The notes beneath the pieces were generated by a model, which was not told where the DNA came from, did no database searches, and saw nothing but the letters and a program-made list of their open reading frames with translations. A stretch of 64,000 bases of DNA from Syncephalis fuscata S228 (lineage: Eukaryota; Fungi; Zoopagomycota), in the NCBI GenBank assembly GCA_025786725.1, contig JAHLTZ010000004.1, positions 558,001 through 622,000 on the forward strand, read 5' to 3'. This document shows, piece after piece, positions 48,439-62,078 of the stretch. The translations under genes were made by a program, and so were the position numbers. How positions within the stretch are numbered: position 1 is the stretch's first letter; every line of letters begins with the position of its first letter.

Positions 48439-50770
48439 ATGGCACTTCATGACGCACGGGTTAGCCAGCTACTTCCTACTATCAAGTGCAACAACTGTGG
48501 CGATTCAATCGAGTTCCGTAAGCTAAGTGAGCATATTTGCGGCGCAGTACCAGATATGCCGGCCCTTCCAAATCAGTTTAAAAGCAATCAACAAAAGAGT
48601 AAGTGATTTAAGACTCAGTGTATTTATTTACTAATGCGTCAATAATTAATTAGGCTTTGATCGTTTATTCAAAGATGAGTCGGTATTGAATTTGGAAGAC
48701 AATCGATCATCATTGGCCACAAGTGAAGGCAGTTCATTTGAGCATGAAGAAGTATTAAATGACATTTTACCAACACGTACTAGACAGAAGCCGGCTACCC
48801 GCGAGCCACTTACCGATTATGCTTCTCGTTTTGCAAAAGAGACCGAAAATGTCGATGCGGATAACCAAACGGCCAATTTCCTTGAACGATACGATCAATT
48901 GCTCGGTGAAGGTCGACAGCAACTATCAAAGTCGCCACCACCAATTGAATCACCTGAAGTAAATGATCGCAAGCCAAAAGGGCTTAAAATCAATACTAGA
49001 CGAGAAAAAAGCGAAGATGGCTATGCTATGAGACAATCTGGATCGCGTTCCAGTTCTGAGGATACACGCTCACCACCCAACAGTAAAGGTACTCGATCGG
49101 CTCGTACTCGATCAGAACGCAGTAGTGGTTCATCATCAGCCACTCCACCCGTCCCATTGATGTACCAAGCAGCACACGTAACAGTGGCAGCCGTTCTCGT
49201 GTTAATGGCGATCACAGTCCATTATCACCACGTTCACTGCGCCAAAATAGTGGCGAGCCACTTTCACCCTCTATACTACGACCACCAACAGATGCTTTCT
49301 TTGATATGCGTACCGGGTCACCTCGTCTAGAGAGGTCAAACGATGGCTGGTCTAATCCACGTCCAGCACCCAAGCCAACTGGCCAACCATTCAGAAACAG
49401 TCCAGTGTCACCTTCTACACTAAGTGAATTCGGTAATCTTAACTTGGAAAGTACACGGCCAGCACCACGTCCACCCGGTTCAAGTGGCCGCCAACACCAG
49501 GTAGCAGTAGTCGTAACGACGCATCAAGTGCTTCTCGTTCACGTACACCGCAACCTGGGACAATATTGGATCCTCTTCAGCTAGAGGACGTAGCCCAGCA
49601 CTGCCCTCTTCTCGCCATGTACGCCGTGCTAGTGGTAGCAGTAGCAGTGGTGCCAGCAACACTAGTTTATCTAGATCCCGTGAAGCACTGCCTATGGCAC
49701 GTGGCCGTTCCTCTAATGAATACGGACATGAAAATCAATTAAGTATTGGCTCTGACCCAAATATTGACGAGCCGCCTAGTCCAGCATCTCGTCCAAACAG
49801 CCATCGACAATGTTTAACCTGTCGCAACAAAATTGGCGGATCAGGTGCTATTCACTTGAACGATGTGGTAAGTTATAGAATGGAAAAGTAGTTATTAATC
49901 AATATTAACCAATATGCTTATTAATAACGATAGTCCTATCATCGTACTTGTTTCCGCTGTTCTGAATGTCGTGTTGGACTTGATGTTGAAGATGACTATA
50001 CGGAAATTAAAGGCCGCGTACTATGTAAAAGCTGCCACGTACCATCACCCGGCTCTAGTGCACGCGGTCCACCTGTCTGTGCTGGCTGGTAAGTTATAAT
50101 GGTTACTAGTTGAATAGCTATAGTAGTCCTAATTATCTATTGTATTATATTAGTAATGGTGTTATTACGGGTAAATCAATTAAAGCACTTGGTGCTGTGT
50201 GGCACGATGTCCACTTACAGTGTGCCCATTGCCGCCAGCCACTAACCCGTGGCCATGTTGAACACCGAGGACGTGCTTATTGTCCCGAAGACTTTACACA
50301 TCTCTTTTTGCCTAAATGTAAAGGCTGCACAAAGCCTGTTGAACGAGAAGCGCTGGTCGCCTTGGATGGTAAATGGCACACTAAGTGCTTTAACTGCCAA
50401 GTATGTCATAAACCATTCCCCAACAAATCGTTCTATGTGTTCCAAAAGCAGCCATTCTGTAAATTCCACTATCATATGCTGAATAACTCGATATGTAAAC
50501 GATGTGAAGCGCCGATTGAAGGCCCTGTGCCCAAGTATTGGAAGGACGATTCCATCCACACTGCTTTAGTTGCGAGGTAAGCTATACTACCATTACTATT
50601 TAGATTAATACTAATATTTTATATAATCCTATTAGACATGTGAAATGCCATTGACTGATGTCTATTACAATTTCCAGGGTCGATTCTTCTGTGAACATGA
50701 TGTTACAGCCATTCAGCGTCGCATGAATATGAAGGCAGATCGTCGTAAAACGATGATTAAAAACATCTAA
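48439..50770 (+). CDS. Paxillin-like LIM-domain protein; four apparent frameshifts
   Basis: N-terminal LPTIKCNNC..H.C zinc knuckle, disordered middle region, and four C-terminal LIM domains (e.g. CKGC...WHTKCFNCQVC...FCKFHYH). Confidence 0.85.
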
Positions 50771-51543
50771 TTACCACACATGCTTTTTATATTCATGATT
50801 GATGATCGAGAGAGGGCACACTACCGTTCTTTTAGCTGCATGTTCGTCCTCCTCTATCCATCATTTCAGTACTCTCTATTATTTGTCTTTAGCTATATGG
50901 TCATTCCTAGTGAATGGTTTTCTTTTGTCCTTTTTGTATATCCTTCTATATGAACTTATTTTTATCAGCACTACAGACGCTATCATTATTGTTCGCATTA
51001 TTATTATGATTTTCTTTTTTGACAATGCTATCTTGCGCATAACTATATTTTATATTGAACTATGAATTGCCTACTACCGATCTAAACGATGACAAAGCCT
51101 ACAATTGTTAAACTATTTAACTTTATGGCAACTATATAAATCATTATATCATTTAACTACAAACAAGCTATACAAGTCTAGCAGTAATAGTTGTATTAAT
51201 AAGAATGGATACTAGAATAGATAACGATGGATGAATATAAGACATGAATGGTATTGGTATTTAGCAATCACATCGATGTTATTACAATCTAAATATATTA
51301 AGATTGCTATTAGCGTATTTATAGATATGAATATGGATAAATATGGTTGATTCGCCTCAGATTGTATCACCATTGCCTTATAAAAGCTCAATAATTGGCA
51401 TTGGCCACGTCACCGCTAATCCACGTATTTTGTTCACCGTTGTCGCTGTTGTTATTAAAGTACTTTCTACATAACACTTACCACCACTACTTGTCTACTG
51501 CCACTTGTCTACTTTGTTGTTTAAAACACGCCATCTATTTACC

Positions 51544-54377
51544 ATGACTTTCTCAACTTGCAACGATACGTTGATTAATTTCCAACTGAACCCAGATCAG
51601 GTCAAAACGTTGGGCAACAGTATTATTCAGCGTAGCCGTGAAGTATATGACGGTATAGCCGCTGTATCAGATACAAATAGCAACTTTGATACGGTAATTC
51701 GTCCCTTGGCTGAACTCGAGAACTGGTCATCAGCTGAAGAGAACGTCATCACGTTCCTACAATATGTATCGGCGGATAAAGTGTTGCGTGATGCTTCAAT
51801 GGAAATTGATAAGCAGATGCAAGAATTTAACATTGAAAGTGCTATGCGACTCGATTTATATCAACGTGTACAAGCCGCTCGTGCCAATACACCCGCCGAT
51901 GCACCCGGTCTGTCGGAGGAGGAACGCCGACTTTTGACAAGATTGAACTTGACTTTAAGCGTAATGGTCTAGCCTTGCCTGAAGCAGACCGCAATAAGCT
52001 AAAGGAGATTAAAAAGAAATTGGCCGATCTAAGTATCGACTTTTCACGTCGTATCAACGAAGATGTAACCAGTGTTGCTGTCGATGAAGCCAACCTTGAT
52101 GGCATGCCCCAGGATTGGATTGAAGGATTGGCGAAGAACGATGCCGGTCAGCGTATTGTTACTATGAAATATCCAGACTTCTTCCCTGGTAAGTAAGAGA
52201 GCCCCGATCTACTAGATGGTATTAATTCATTATTGTAACTATAATACAGTTATGAAGCTGTGCAAGGTTGAAGAAACACGTAAAAATATTCTATTTGCCA
52301 ATGAAACTCGCTGTAAAGAGAATGTAGAGACATTGGAACAGGTAGATAGCATTAGTGTATTATTAGTTTATTTGTTATTAAATATAAATAGGCCATTGAA
52401 TTACGTAAAAATGCCGCCAAGGTATAATTTACTATTAATACATAACTAGGTAATACTAACACTCAATAATAGCTACTTGGTTATGATAACCATGCTGCCT
52501 TTAAACTAGAAGTAAAGATGGCCAAGAATGTGCCAGCTGTCGATTCAGTAAGCTATCTGATTATAGTCTAATATAAATTATAGATAATTAATATAATTGC
52601 TATTTAGTTCCTATTGGATCTACGTAAGCGTCTTTATGTTTTAGCTGAAAAGGAACTCGATGTACTTCGACGTGTAAAGAAGGTAAATCAATTTATTATT
52701 TATAAGTATATATATTTAATAGAATAAATAAATATATAATAGGAAGAGAAAGAAAGCATGTCACAGTCAAATGATGGCCAGATTAATGCATGGGACTTTC
52801 AGGTAGATTAATAGATGAACCAATGCTATTATAATACTAAACGCTTATACATTATCATTGTTATTCTAGTATTATTCCCGTCTATTAAAGGAGAAAGAGT
52901 ATGATGTTAATGATGAGCTAATTAAAGAATACTTCTCAATGCCTTCAGTTACAGCTGGTAAGTCATTTAATGTTTAACTGATAGCATAATAATAACTGGT
53001 TAATTAGGTATGCTCAAGATTTACGAGACTGTGCTTGGATTGAAGTTTAAAGAGATTCAGAATCCACCTGTATGGCATCCAGGTAATTACATAGAATAAA
53101 TCAATAACACGGCATTTATAAAGTATTTTCTAGATGTTCGTCTATTTGAAGTAACAGATACTGCCAGCAATGACATTATCGGTCACTTCTACTTGGATCT
53201 GCATCCACGTGATGGTAAATACACGCATGCTGCCTGTTTCGGTCTACGTCCCGGCTGTGAACGTAAACATGGAGGACGTACATTACCGGCTGCAGCTATG
53301 GTGGCCAACTTTTCCAAACCGTAAGTTGTTATTACTGTACTATGACTGTATTATAGCTCTATCTTACTACTATGAATAGAACGGCCGATAAGCCATCTCT
53401 ACTTAAACACGATGAAGTAACCACATTCTTCCATGAATTGGTAGGTGCATTGTATATAAATGATTACTATCTAATAGCATCTATAGGGCATGTTATGCAC
53501 CAGATCTGTTCTAAAGTACATTGGTCACGATTCCATGGTACTGCTGTTGAACGCGGTAAGCATTATAAATACTTTATTAATACCGCATTAATAAATTATA
53601 TCTGTAGATTTCGTTGAGGCACCCTCACAAATGTTGGAGAATGTAAGTAATATATTAATGAATAGACTTATTACTTATTTATATCTATATCTATCCATCT
53701 ATCTATCTGTTACAGTGGTGCTGGGACTCGTCAATATTGGAAAGGTTATCGGCACATTATGTCCGTAAAGATGAACCATTACCAAAGGAATTGATTAAAA
53801 AGATGGTTGAAGCCAAGAATCTAAATGCTGGCCTACTTAATCTACGCCAAATCTTCTTTGGCACTTTTGATATGACCTTGCATTCATCTGGTAAGTGTAA
53901 TAATGAATAACATACATTGGATAATACTTATTACAAGCATTAGATGAGAAATTGGATTCAACTGTACTATGGTCTAAATTACGTGAAGAAGTGACATTAA
54001 TTAAGAATATGTCTGTAAGTTGTTTATTAATTTAATGCTTAATAATTAATTATTATTAATAGAATACATGGGGTGCTTCAACCTTTGGTCATATTATGGG
54101 TGGATGTAAGTAGAACTAATTACAAATATAAACTTATATAATTAACATGTTATTAGATGATGCTGGTTATTATGGCTATTTATGGTCAGAGGTATTCTCG
54201 GCCGATATGTTCTTTAGTCGATTTGAGAAAGAAGGCGTCGAGAATCCAAAGACTGGTATGGATTACCGTGAATGCATTCTCCGTCCAGGTGGCAGTGTTG
54301 ATGGCAGTCAAATGTTACGCAATTTCCTAGGCCGTGATCCAACGATGGATGCTTTCCTCCACAGTATTGGCCTGTGA
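51544..54377 (+). CDS. PRD1: M3A metallopeptidase (thimet oligopeptidase/saccharolysin), about 15 introns, two apparent frameshifts
   Basis: [26 protein letters not shown] (HExxH), [33 protein letters not shown]. Confidence 0.93.
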
Positions 54378-54634
54378 GTCTTGCATTATATGCACTAGTA
54401 TGAACGGTTATTGATTCAACAGTCAATGTTTACAGCAGTCATTATATGATTCGTTCTGCTTTATAAACTCGGGTTTAATTCAAATGTAATAGGAATTGTG
54501 TGTCATAAACATGTGTGTGATCATTAATAATACGTGATGAATCATTGTTTAATTTTTATTTACACAACTTTACACTTTTCAATACGTGTGCGCGTCATTT
54601 ATCCTTACATTTATTCAACTTATTGATTGACACT

Positions 54635-56233
54635 ATGACAAGTCATTCACCTACTAAGAACGAACTGGTTGAAGGCGATGACAGTACCGTCACGGCTATT
54701 GATGTTCTGCAGGCACAAGTTGCCTTGGAACGTGAAGCTGCCGAGGTATTGCCGGGTCGGTTTGACCGCTGTACTCGGTCATTAGGACCAACACGACAAA
54801 GTGCCTATGCTTGTCTAACGTGTTCTCCTACACAGCCACACGGCATATGCTATGCATGCAGTATTGCTTGTCATGCTGACCATCGTCTTGTTGAATTGTT
54901 TGAACGTCGACGATTTCTATGCGACTGTGCAACTGATCTACCTACTAGTAATAGTAATAGTAATAGTTGTCAAATTCAAAGCAACGATACAAGTATTTAT
55001 GATATAGAAAATGAAGATAAAGGAAGCGGTAATACAGCTGTTACTACATCATCATCATATACTACTACCAAGAATATTAAACGTAATCAATATGATCATA
55101 ATTATCTAGGTCGATTCTGTCGGTAATACTATTGATTATAATTGTAATTAACTATTAATAATATCAATATAGATGTGATGAGGAATATGATCCAGATAAA
55201 GAACCTGGTACAATGTATCAATGTGCTATCTGTGAAGATTGGTTTCATGATCGTTGTATTAATAATGTAAGTAGTATATATATATATATATATATAGATA
55301 GATATATATAATAACAATTATTTATCAATTTATTTATAGATGCCACAATGCACTGATCTATTTGAAGAGTTTTGTTGTCAGTCATGTGTTGTGCGATTAC
55401 CATTCCTTAAACACTATGCAATTGATACCAATAATACAGTCATAGATAAAGATACACAAGTGGTGGAGAAAGAGGAGAAGGAGAACAGTGAAGAAAAAAA
55501 ACGATCCTATCCAGATAATGATACCACTATTGAAGAAATAACTACAAAACGAGTTAAAATAGAATTGAATAATCATCATAATCATCATAATAATGTCGAA
55601 TTAGAATCTAAAGTAACTGAATGTCAACTATTAAACAAAATAGATACTTTTTTTCTTCTTTAAATGATCTATTTTTTGCATCAGGTTGGCGTAATCAATT
55701 ATGTCATTGTCAACAGGTAAGTGTATGTACAAAAGTGTTCATTGACTTATATAATATTAGTGTATGGATATTTATAACAAGGAAGATGTTACTTATTTAT
55801 TATCTGTTGAAGAAACATATCAACCAGAAAAGGATGAAGATTCTGGTAAGTAGAATAGTAATCATTAGATCATATATAAATATACATATATATATACCTA
55901 CTGATAACCCTCATATTGATTAGATACTTCATTATTTGAATTGGGAATGCAACAGTTGGCACATATGGATCGTACACGGGCCATTGATGGTCTTTTAGCC
56001 TATAATCAATTATGGTAAGTGGTATAACGGTAATACAATATTGTAATTAATACACGATTATAACCATTATAGTGGAGAGATTAAGTCATTTCTGGGTCAA
56101 TTTGCAACTACAGGCAAAGTAGTTACAAAATCTGATGTAGAATCATTCTTTGCTGTAAGTATTCATTGTACATTGATATACTATTCATATTAATAACACT
56201 ATTCATTATTAGGATAAAATGAGAAAGAATTAA
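54635..56233 (+). CDS. UBR7: UBR7/Mlo2-like UBR-box + PHD E3 ligase; frameshift near 55650
   Basis: YACLTC...ICYACSIACHADH.LVELF.RR.F.CDC (UBR box), NQYDHNYLGRFC, MYQCAICEDWFH. Confidence 0.9.
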
Positions 56234-56300
56234 TCATTAAATGTAGTTAATACGTATTTTCTAATAAATAGCCAATCTATTATTATTATTATTATTATTA

Positions 56301-57484
56301 TTATGGAGTATTTAATTTTGCTTGTAATTTTGCTTCTTTAATAGCCCGATAAGTTGATACAACTCTATCTCTTTCTGAAGCAAGAATACGACGTGTAGCC
56401 GGGGTCATTGTCTTTAAACGCTGTCGATGACGAGTACGTGTCTCATCAACCAGTGCATCACCACGTGTCTTCTTTGACTCTGTCACTAATGCTACTGATG
56501 TCGTTGTCGTTGTTGTCGTATCCGATACTGATTTAGATTTATCCGATAATGATTTCATTAATTGAAGAGCAGCGGCCTTTCCACGCAATTTCGGTTTAGC
56601 TGTAATAGTAGGCGGTTGTTGTACTACTTCACCAAATGATACTTTATCGTGTAAATCATTAAAATCAATTTGGCTCTTTTCTTCTTCTAGTTTCTCTTTT
56701 TTACGCTGTTCCTTCTCTTTCATCTTTGCTCTCCATCTACAATAGATATTGGTATTACTATTTGATATCGTTACCTGTATTCATATAAATACCGTTTCTT
56801 TCTATCACTTTTGGCTACATTCTCACTATCCAGTTCATTTAATCGTTGGCGTGTCTCTGTCTTTAATCGTCTATTATATCAACTACCATTAATAACAGTC
56901 TATATATATATATATATGTGTGTGTGTGTATATCTATTGCTTACCGACTATAATCGTTGAATGTTTCATTGGACCGCATTTTCATTGCTATCTATATTAT
57001 TGTATAAATAATAATAGTTTATAATTACTCAATACTTACTTTTGTATCATCGACGGATTTCTATTAAATGTATTACATTAGTATTCATATAAATACTATT
57101 TATTTAATTACTTGCCGTAGTTGCTGCTACTTTATTGCTTGATGTAGATACTGGCTCACTTTTCTTTTTCTTTAACATTGCTTCTTGATGTAACATAGTG
57201 CGGAATGCTCGTGGATAATCCGCCATATCCTTTTTACTATGTCCTAGTAATCCTTCATCTTGATGTTTATCTTTAAATCTTTGTTTTTTCTGTTGTCGTT
57301 TCGTTTGACTAGTCACAGTAGTAGTAGGTGGTAGATCTAATCTATTGCACCATTATTAATACTACTAATACTAAATAAATAGTAAAGTATATATATATAT
57401 ACATATATACTTATACATATATACTTACTCATTGTCATTCGCTTCATTGCCCAATGAACGAGCTCTTTTCTTCTTAGTAGGCAT
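56301..57484 (-). CDS. CCDC137-like basic nucleolar protein
   Basis: Spliced exons give D.PRAFR.ML, NETFNDYSRR, DKVSFGEVVQQPP.I..KPK and RDRVVSTYRAIK. Confidence 0.65.
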
Positions 57485-57720
57485 AATGAATGAGTATTAA
57501 ACTGAAATTCAGTTAATGCCCAAAATATAAAAGAAAGAAAAAGTCTTAATTTTCTCCGTCTATTTAATAATTATTGATATTTTATTAATATTTTTATTAT
57601 TATTATTGAATCAGTATTTACGGTAATTCTTTTACTTTTACCACCCTTTTACACTTACTTATCATCGTTGTCATCTGTTTAACTTTACATCTTTATCGTT
57701 CATCTACTCGCTTATTCACC

Positions 57721-59137
57721 ATGTCTGAACTGCAGCCTGAGTGGGTTGCCGTTTTAAATAACTTTGAATCGGCTTTAACTTGCAGTTCAACTCACAATGT
57801 ATCTACATTTGCTCTCGGGCTACTTATCTGTCTTGGTATGTTTGTATCCTATTTACCCCAACACTATAAGATTATCAAGTCGGGCACTAGTGAGGGATTC
57901 AATCCATGGTTCCTACTACTTGGTGTTTAGGTGCTTGGAGTAATGTACTTAATATTGTACTATTACAATGGGATGTGATTGGTTGTTGTTCTATTGTGGT
58001 GAGTTAAGCAACGTCACACTTACACATAAATATATATACACTATAATGACTATTAACTGACCTGAACACTATACATTTATCTATTATAGACAGTGGGCAC
58101 TTGTATAGAACATACACTGGGTATTATTCAAATTGTTGTTCAATGGATGATGTTTATTATAGTGTATCCTTTATAGCAATTAGAGTGGGTTACTAACTAA
58201 TAGGACTGTTAATATATATATATATATTCTTAATGGATTTACACTAGATTCCTTCTATTTCTTATTTATTTCCCTATTCATAAACGATATATTCGTCAAA
58301 TACAACTACCGTTAGATGATGAGAACGAAGAAGAAGAAGAAGGCGAAGGTGAAGAGGCTACACAATCCGGTATGCCTTCATTCGATGTCTCATCTAGTCT
58401 ATCCGGCTATGCAATTACACCACTTGAACTATCTAACGAGTGGCGTACTTCATTATATATGCTGCTGCAGTGGCAGTTCACTTTGCAATTACACTTTTTA
58501 CGAGTGTTGTACTATTGTCAAGTAACGGGGCCAGTCACCCGGAAACACGTCAATGGGCCGGTGTACTAGGCGTGTTTAGCATGTTAGTGGCAACTATTCA
58601 ATATCTTCCACAGATATGGACGACTTGGCGGGCTAAGGTAAGTTATAGCATCGCATATAGTTATTATATGCTGGATAGTTAGAAACTTACTAATAGTATT
58701 TAGATGGTGGGCGCATTAAGCATTCCTATGATGCTTATTCAAACACCAGGTAAATAGCATACACTTTTGGTATTGTTAGTTAACCACCTAGTAATCTAGG
58801 CTCATTTGTATTTGTTTATACGCTTGCTTCACGAGAAGGCACTAATTGGACAACATGGATCACTTATTTAGTAAGCGGCTGTTTACAAGGTGTTTTACTA
58901 TCGCTATGTATTCTATGGCATCGACGTGAACAAGAAAGAATAAAGATGCTTACATCGGCATCAGAGGATGTTATTGACGGTGAAGCCACATCCTCTGACG
59001 ATAATAACTCGAATGCAGGTGATCCTGCCCCAGTAATTGAAGGACAAGCAGTAACAGCTACGGTAACAGACACCACAGTCGATGATAATCCACAGGTCAA
59101 TGAACCAACTGAAGACCAACCTTTACTACATACATAA
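57721..59137 (+). CDS. PQ-loop repeat membrane transporter; two apparent frameshifts
   Basis: Two PQ motifs (SYLPQHYKII..GTSEGFNPWFLLLG and QYLPQIWTTW..K.VGALSIPMMLIQTPG) and multiple TM helices. Confidence 0.88.
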
Positions 59138-59407
59138 ACTATGTAACATGTTCGTACATTTTGATTGGTCAAATAAACATTAGTCACGTGATCAGAATCC
59201 AAATCATACACATTATAATGATGATGGCTTTGAATGTCTTCTCTTTTCTTCCCCCACACACGCAAACATACCGATTCCGTATATGCATACTAAGCTTTTC
59301 TCGTCTTTTGATTTCACATCTCGTTGTCCTCCGACATTGTACGCGCTTCTTTCAAGAATAGAGAAACGTTTCTGAATCTTGTTTATTATAATATATTGTT
59401 TACCAAT

Positions 59408-61621
59408 ATGGGACGGCCACGTGATCCAGCAGGAGTACGAGTGGCATCACTGCGATCGGTAAGTTAGATCGTTGATTATAGCGCAGTGTTTGTTAATCAA
59501 CGGGTATATGCGTATATAATAGACTGCCAAACGTATACGCAGCTTTGCTGATATAGATGGTAAGTTTATTAGTATAAAATACTGGTCAAGTGTTGATAGG
59601 TGTTATGGTAATGAACGGGTGCATGCATAAGGAATAGACGATTTTAGTCAAGGAGAAGATAATGGATTTGTATTTCGTACACGGCGTTCACAGCGCAATA
59701 ATACAACAAATACCAATGGTATTAAGGTTGTAGGCACGACGGCAACAAAGACTGCCACACCCGCTGCAACACCACGGTCTAAGAGTATTAGCGATAAATC
59801 AACTACGCAAACACGATTGGGTAATAGTAGTAAGCCAGCAAGATCTAATAGAAAGCGTATTCAACCTGCTTTCCCATTATCTCCTTCTTCTTTACAATCT
59901 GATCCAGAAGAGCCGGAATCGCCGGTATTTCGAGTTGGTACACGGTCAACGCGTAAAACAGCGAAAGAGAATGCAGCGGGCAGCCTGCAGTTGGCCGGTA
60001 ATGATACATTGCACACCAATACGCCTACACAGCCTAAGCGGAGAGCTACAAAATCACCTCGTAAAAAAACTTCGTATCAAACTACCGATACTGTAAAGGA
60101 TAAATCGATTGAAGCCAAGTCCGATAATGGAACGAGTAAGAATGCTGAAATAATTAAACAATTACCAGTCTCTGCTGCGCATAAATCATCAGCACAAAAG
60201 CGTAAATTAAAGTCTGTTACGGCACAGTCTAAAAATAACGCTGTATCTCTTCAAGTAAGTAATAGTTTTATAATTTATTTAAATTAATAGTAAATATAAA
60301 ATATAAAATAAATAGAATAAAGCTGTATTACCATCGCATCCACCTACTACTACTACACCACGTAAGAAGCAGCGAATTGGTAATGATGACGCCCATCATC
60401 GTACACCACGTCGTTCTCAACCCGACTACACCGAATTATTTGTTCAAATCCCAATAGCAGAGACGCCGATTGCTAATAAGAACAGAGAGATGCGTAAAGA
60501 ACGGCGGCGCTCAAGTTTCACTATGCGTGGAAAGCGTAAATCATCATTTGGTGGCAGTCTAGGCCTAGGAGGTAAGTAGCAAGTGATGATAAGTAGTTAC
60601 AAAATGATACTGGTAAATATTAATGTTATATTTAATTTATTATAGCGCTACCACATCCGGATATTTCAACTGATAATTTCTATCGACATATTGAAGCTGA
60701 TAAAGCAGATGTTATTCGAGTACGCCAATTATTACTATGGTGTGCACATCGAGCAACAGATCAACAAACTGTAGATGATACACCTCTTGATACTAGTGCA
60801 CTTGCTATTGGTAAGCTTATTAACTATAACAAAATAATATATTGCTATAAATGTTAATATATAAATAATATAGCGAGAAAAGTACAAGAAAAGGTGATTG
60901 AAAAGTTTTATAACGGAAAGATTGATACGACTTACTTCCGACGTGATGTAAGTAATACTATTTATATAAATAGATAAATAGATAAACTAATAATATGAAT
61001 AATAATAATACAGACATCTTATGATGAAGAGCCGACAGAAGTTATTAAACATCAAAAGCATCCAGAAAATGAAACGAATTTAGTAAAAAAGACTAAATAT
61101 GAAGACACCATTAAACGGCAAGTAATATAAATATTTTATAATAATAATAATAACTCTCTTGTAGATTACGTGCAGATATTGATAAATGGCATTCATTGGT
61201 ACGATCATACAACAGCTATCATAGTGAATTGTTTGATCGCTACAAAAAAGAAACGGAAGAGACAAATGTGGATAACACTGAAGAGCAGAAGATGGCAGAT
61301 TTGAATTTAACAGCATTGCGACCATTTGAAGCGGAATTTGCACGCGAATTCCTGGTAGCTACCACACAAGAACAAGAAATAGATACAATAACCAATGATG
61401 TGGATGAGTTGGCAACCGTTATTTCAAAACTAAGCGACCGAATAGGCACCATGTACGGACGAACACATCAATTGGTCCAGAAGAGTGAGGTGGCCGCTCA
61501 ATATGCACAAGATGTAATGGTTGAGATTGAAAAACGCGAACATACCACGAGCAATGGTAAAAGCACTAAACCAGCGGATACCATCGACTTACTTCGTGCC
61601 GTGTCGACATTCCATCGTTGA
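59408..61621 (+). CDS. DSN1: Kinetochore Mis12-complex subunit Dsn1/Mis13
   Basis: EDNGFVFR, RRRSSFTMRGKRKSS (Aurora-site region) and PHPDISTDNFYRHI...RVRQLLLWC. Confidence 0.8.
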
Positions 61622-62078
61622 TCCATGTCTTTATGGCACTTTTTGTTTTTTCATTGTATTATTTGTCCTCATCATAGTGGATTTGTCTAATTTTATATTC
61701 ATCTTTACAACTATTTGCGTAGTTGTTGTCACTACTGTCGTTGTCAATTACTATTCTATCTATTTGATAAATCATTTCATAGCGACCATATAGTACAATG
61801 AAAGAATGTATATTAGCGATATCACCTTGACAACGAATGTAAGGAATAATTGCATTTGAACATGTAGACCAATCCACGGTATCTAGGCTGGAAGTTGGCC
61901 ATTTGACGAGCAACACCTAGTTGAGAGTGTTATTATTGTCGATTCATTGACTTGTTTATTTTGTATATTGAAACTGTGTGTGTGTGCGTGTGTGTACGTG
62001 TACGCCTGTGTGTATTGGTGGTATTGGTGTGTACCTATTTGCACATATCTACGTAGGTGTATTCACGTGTACGTAACA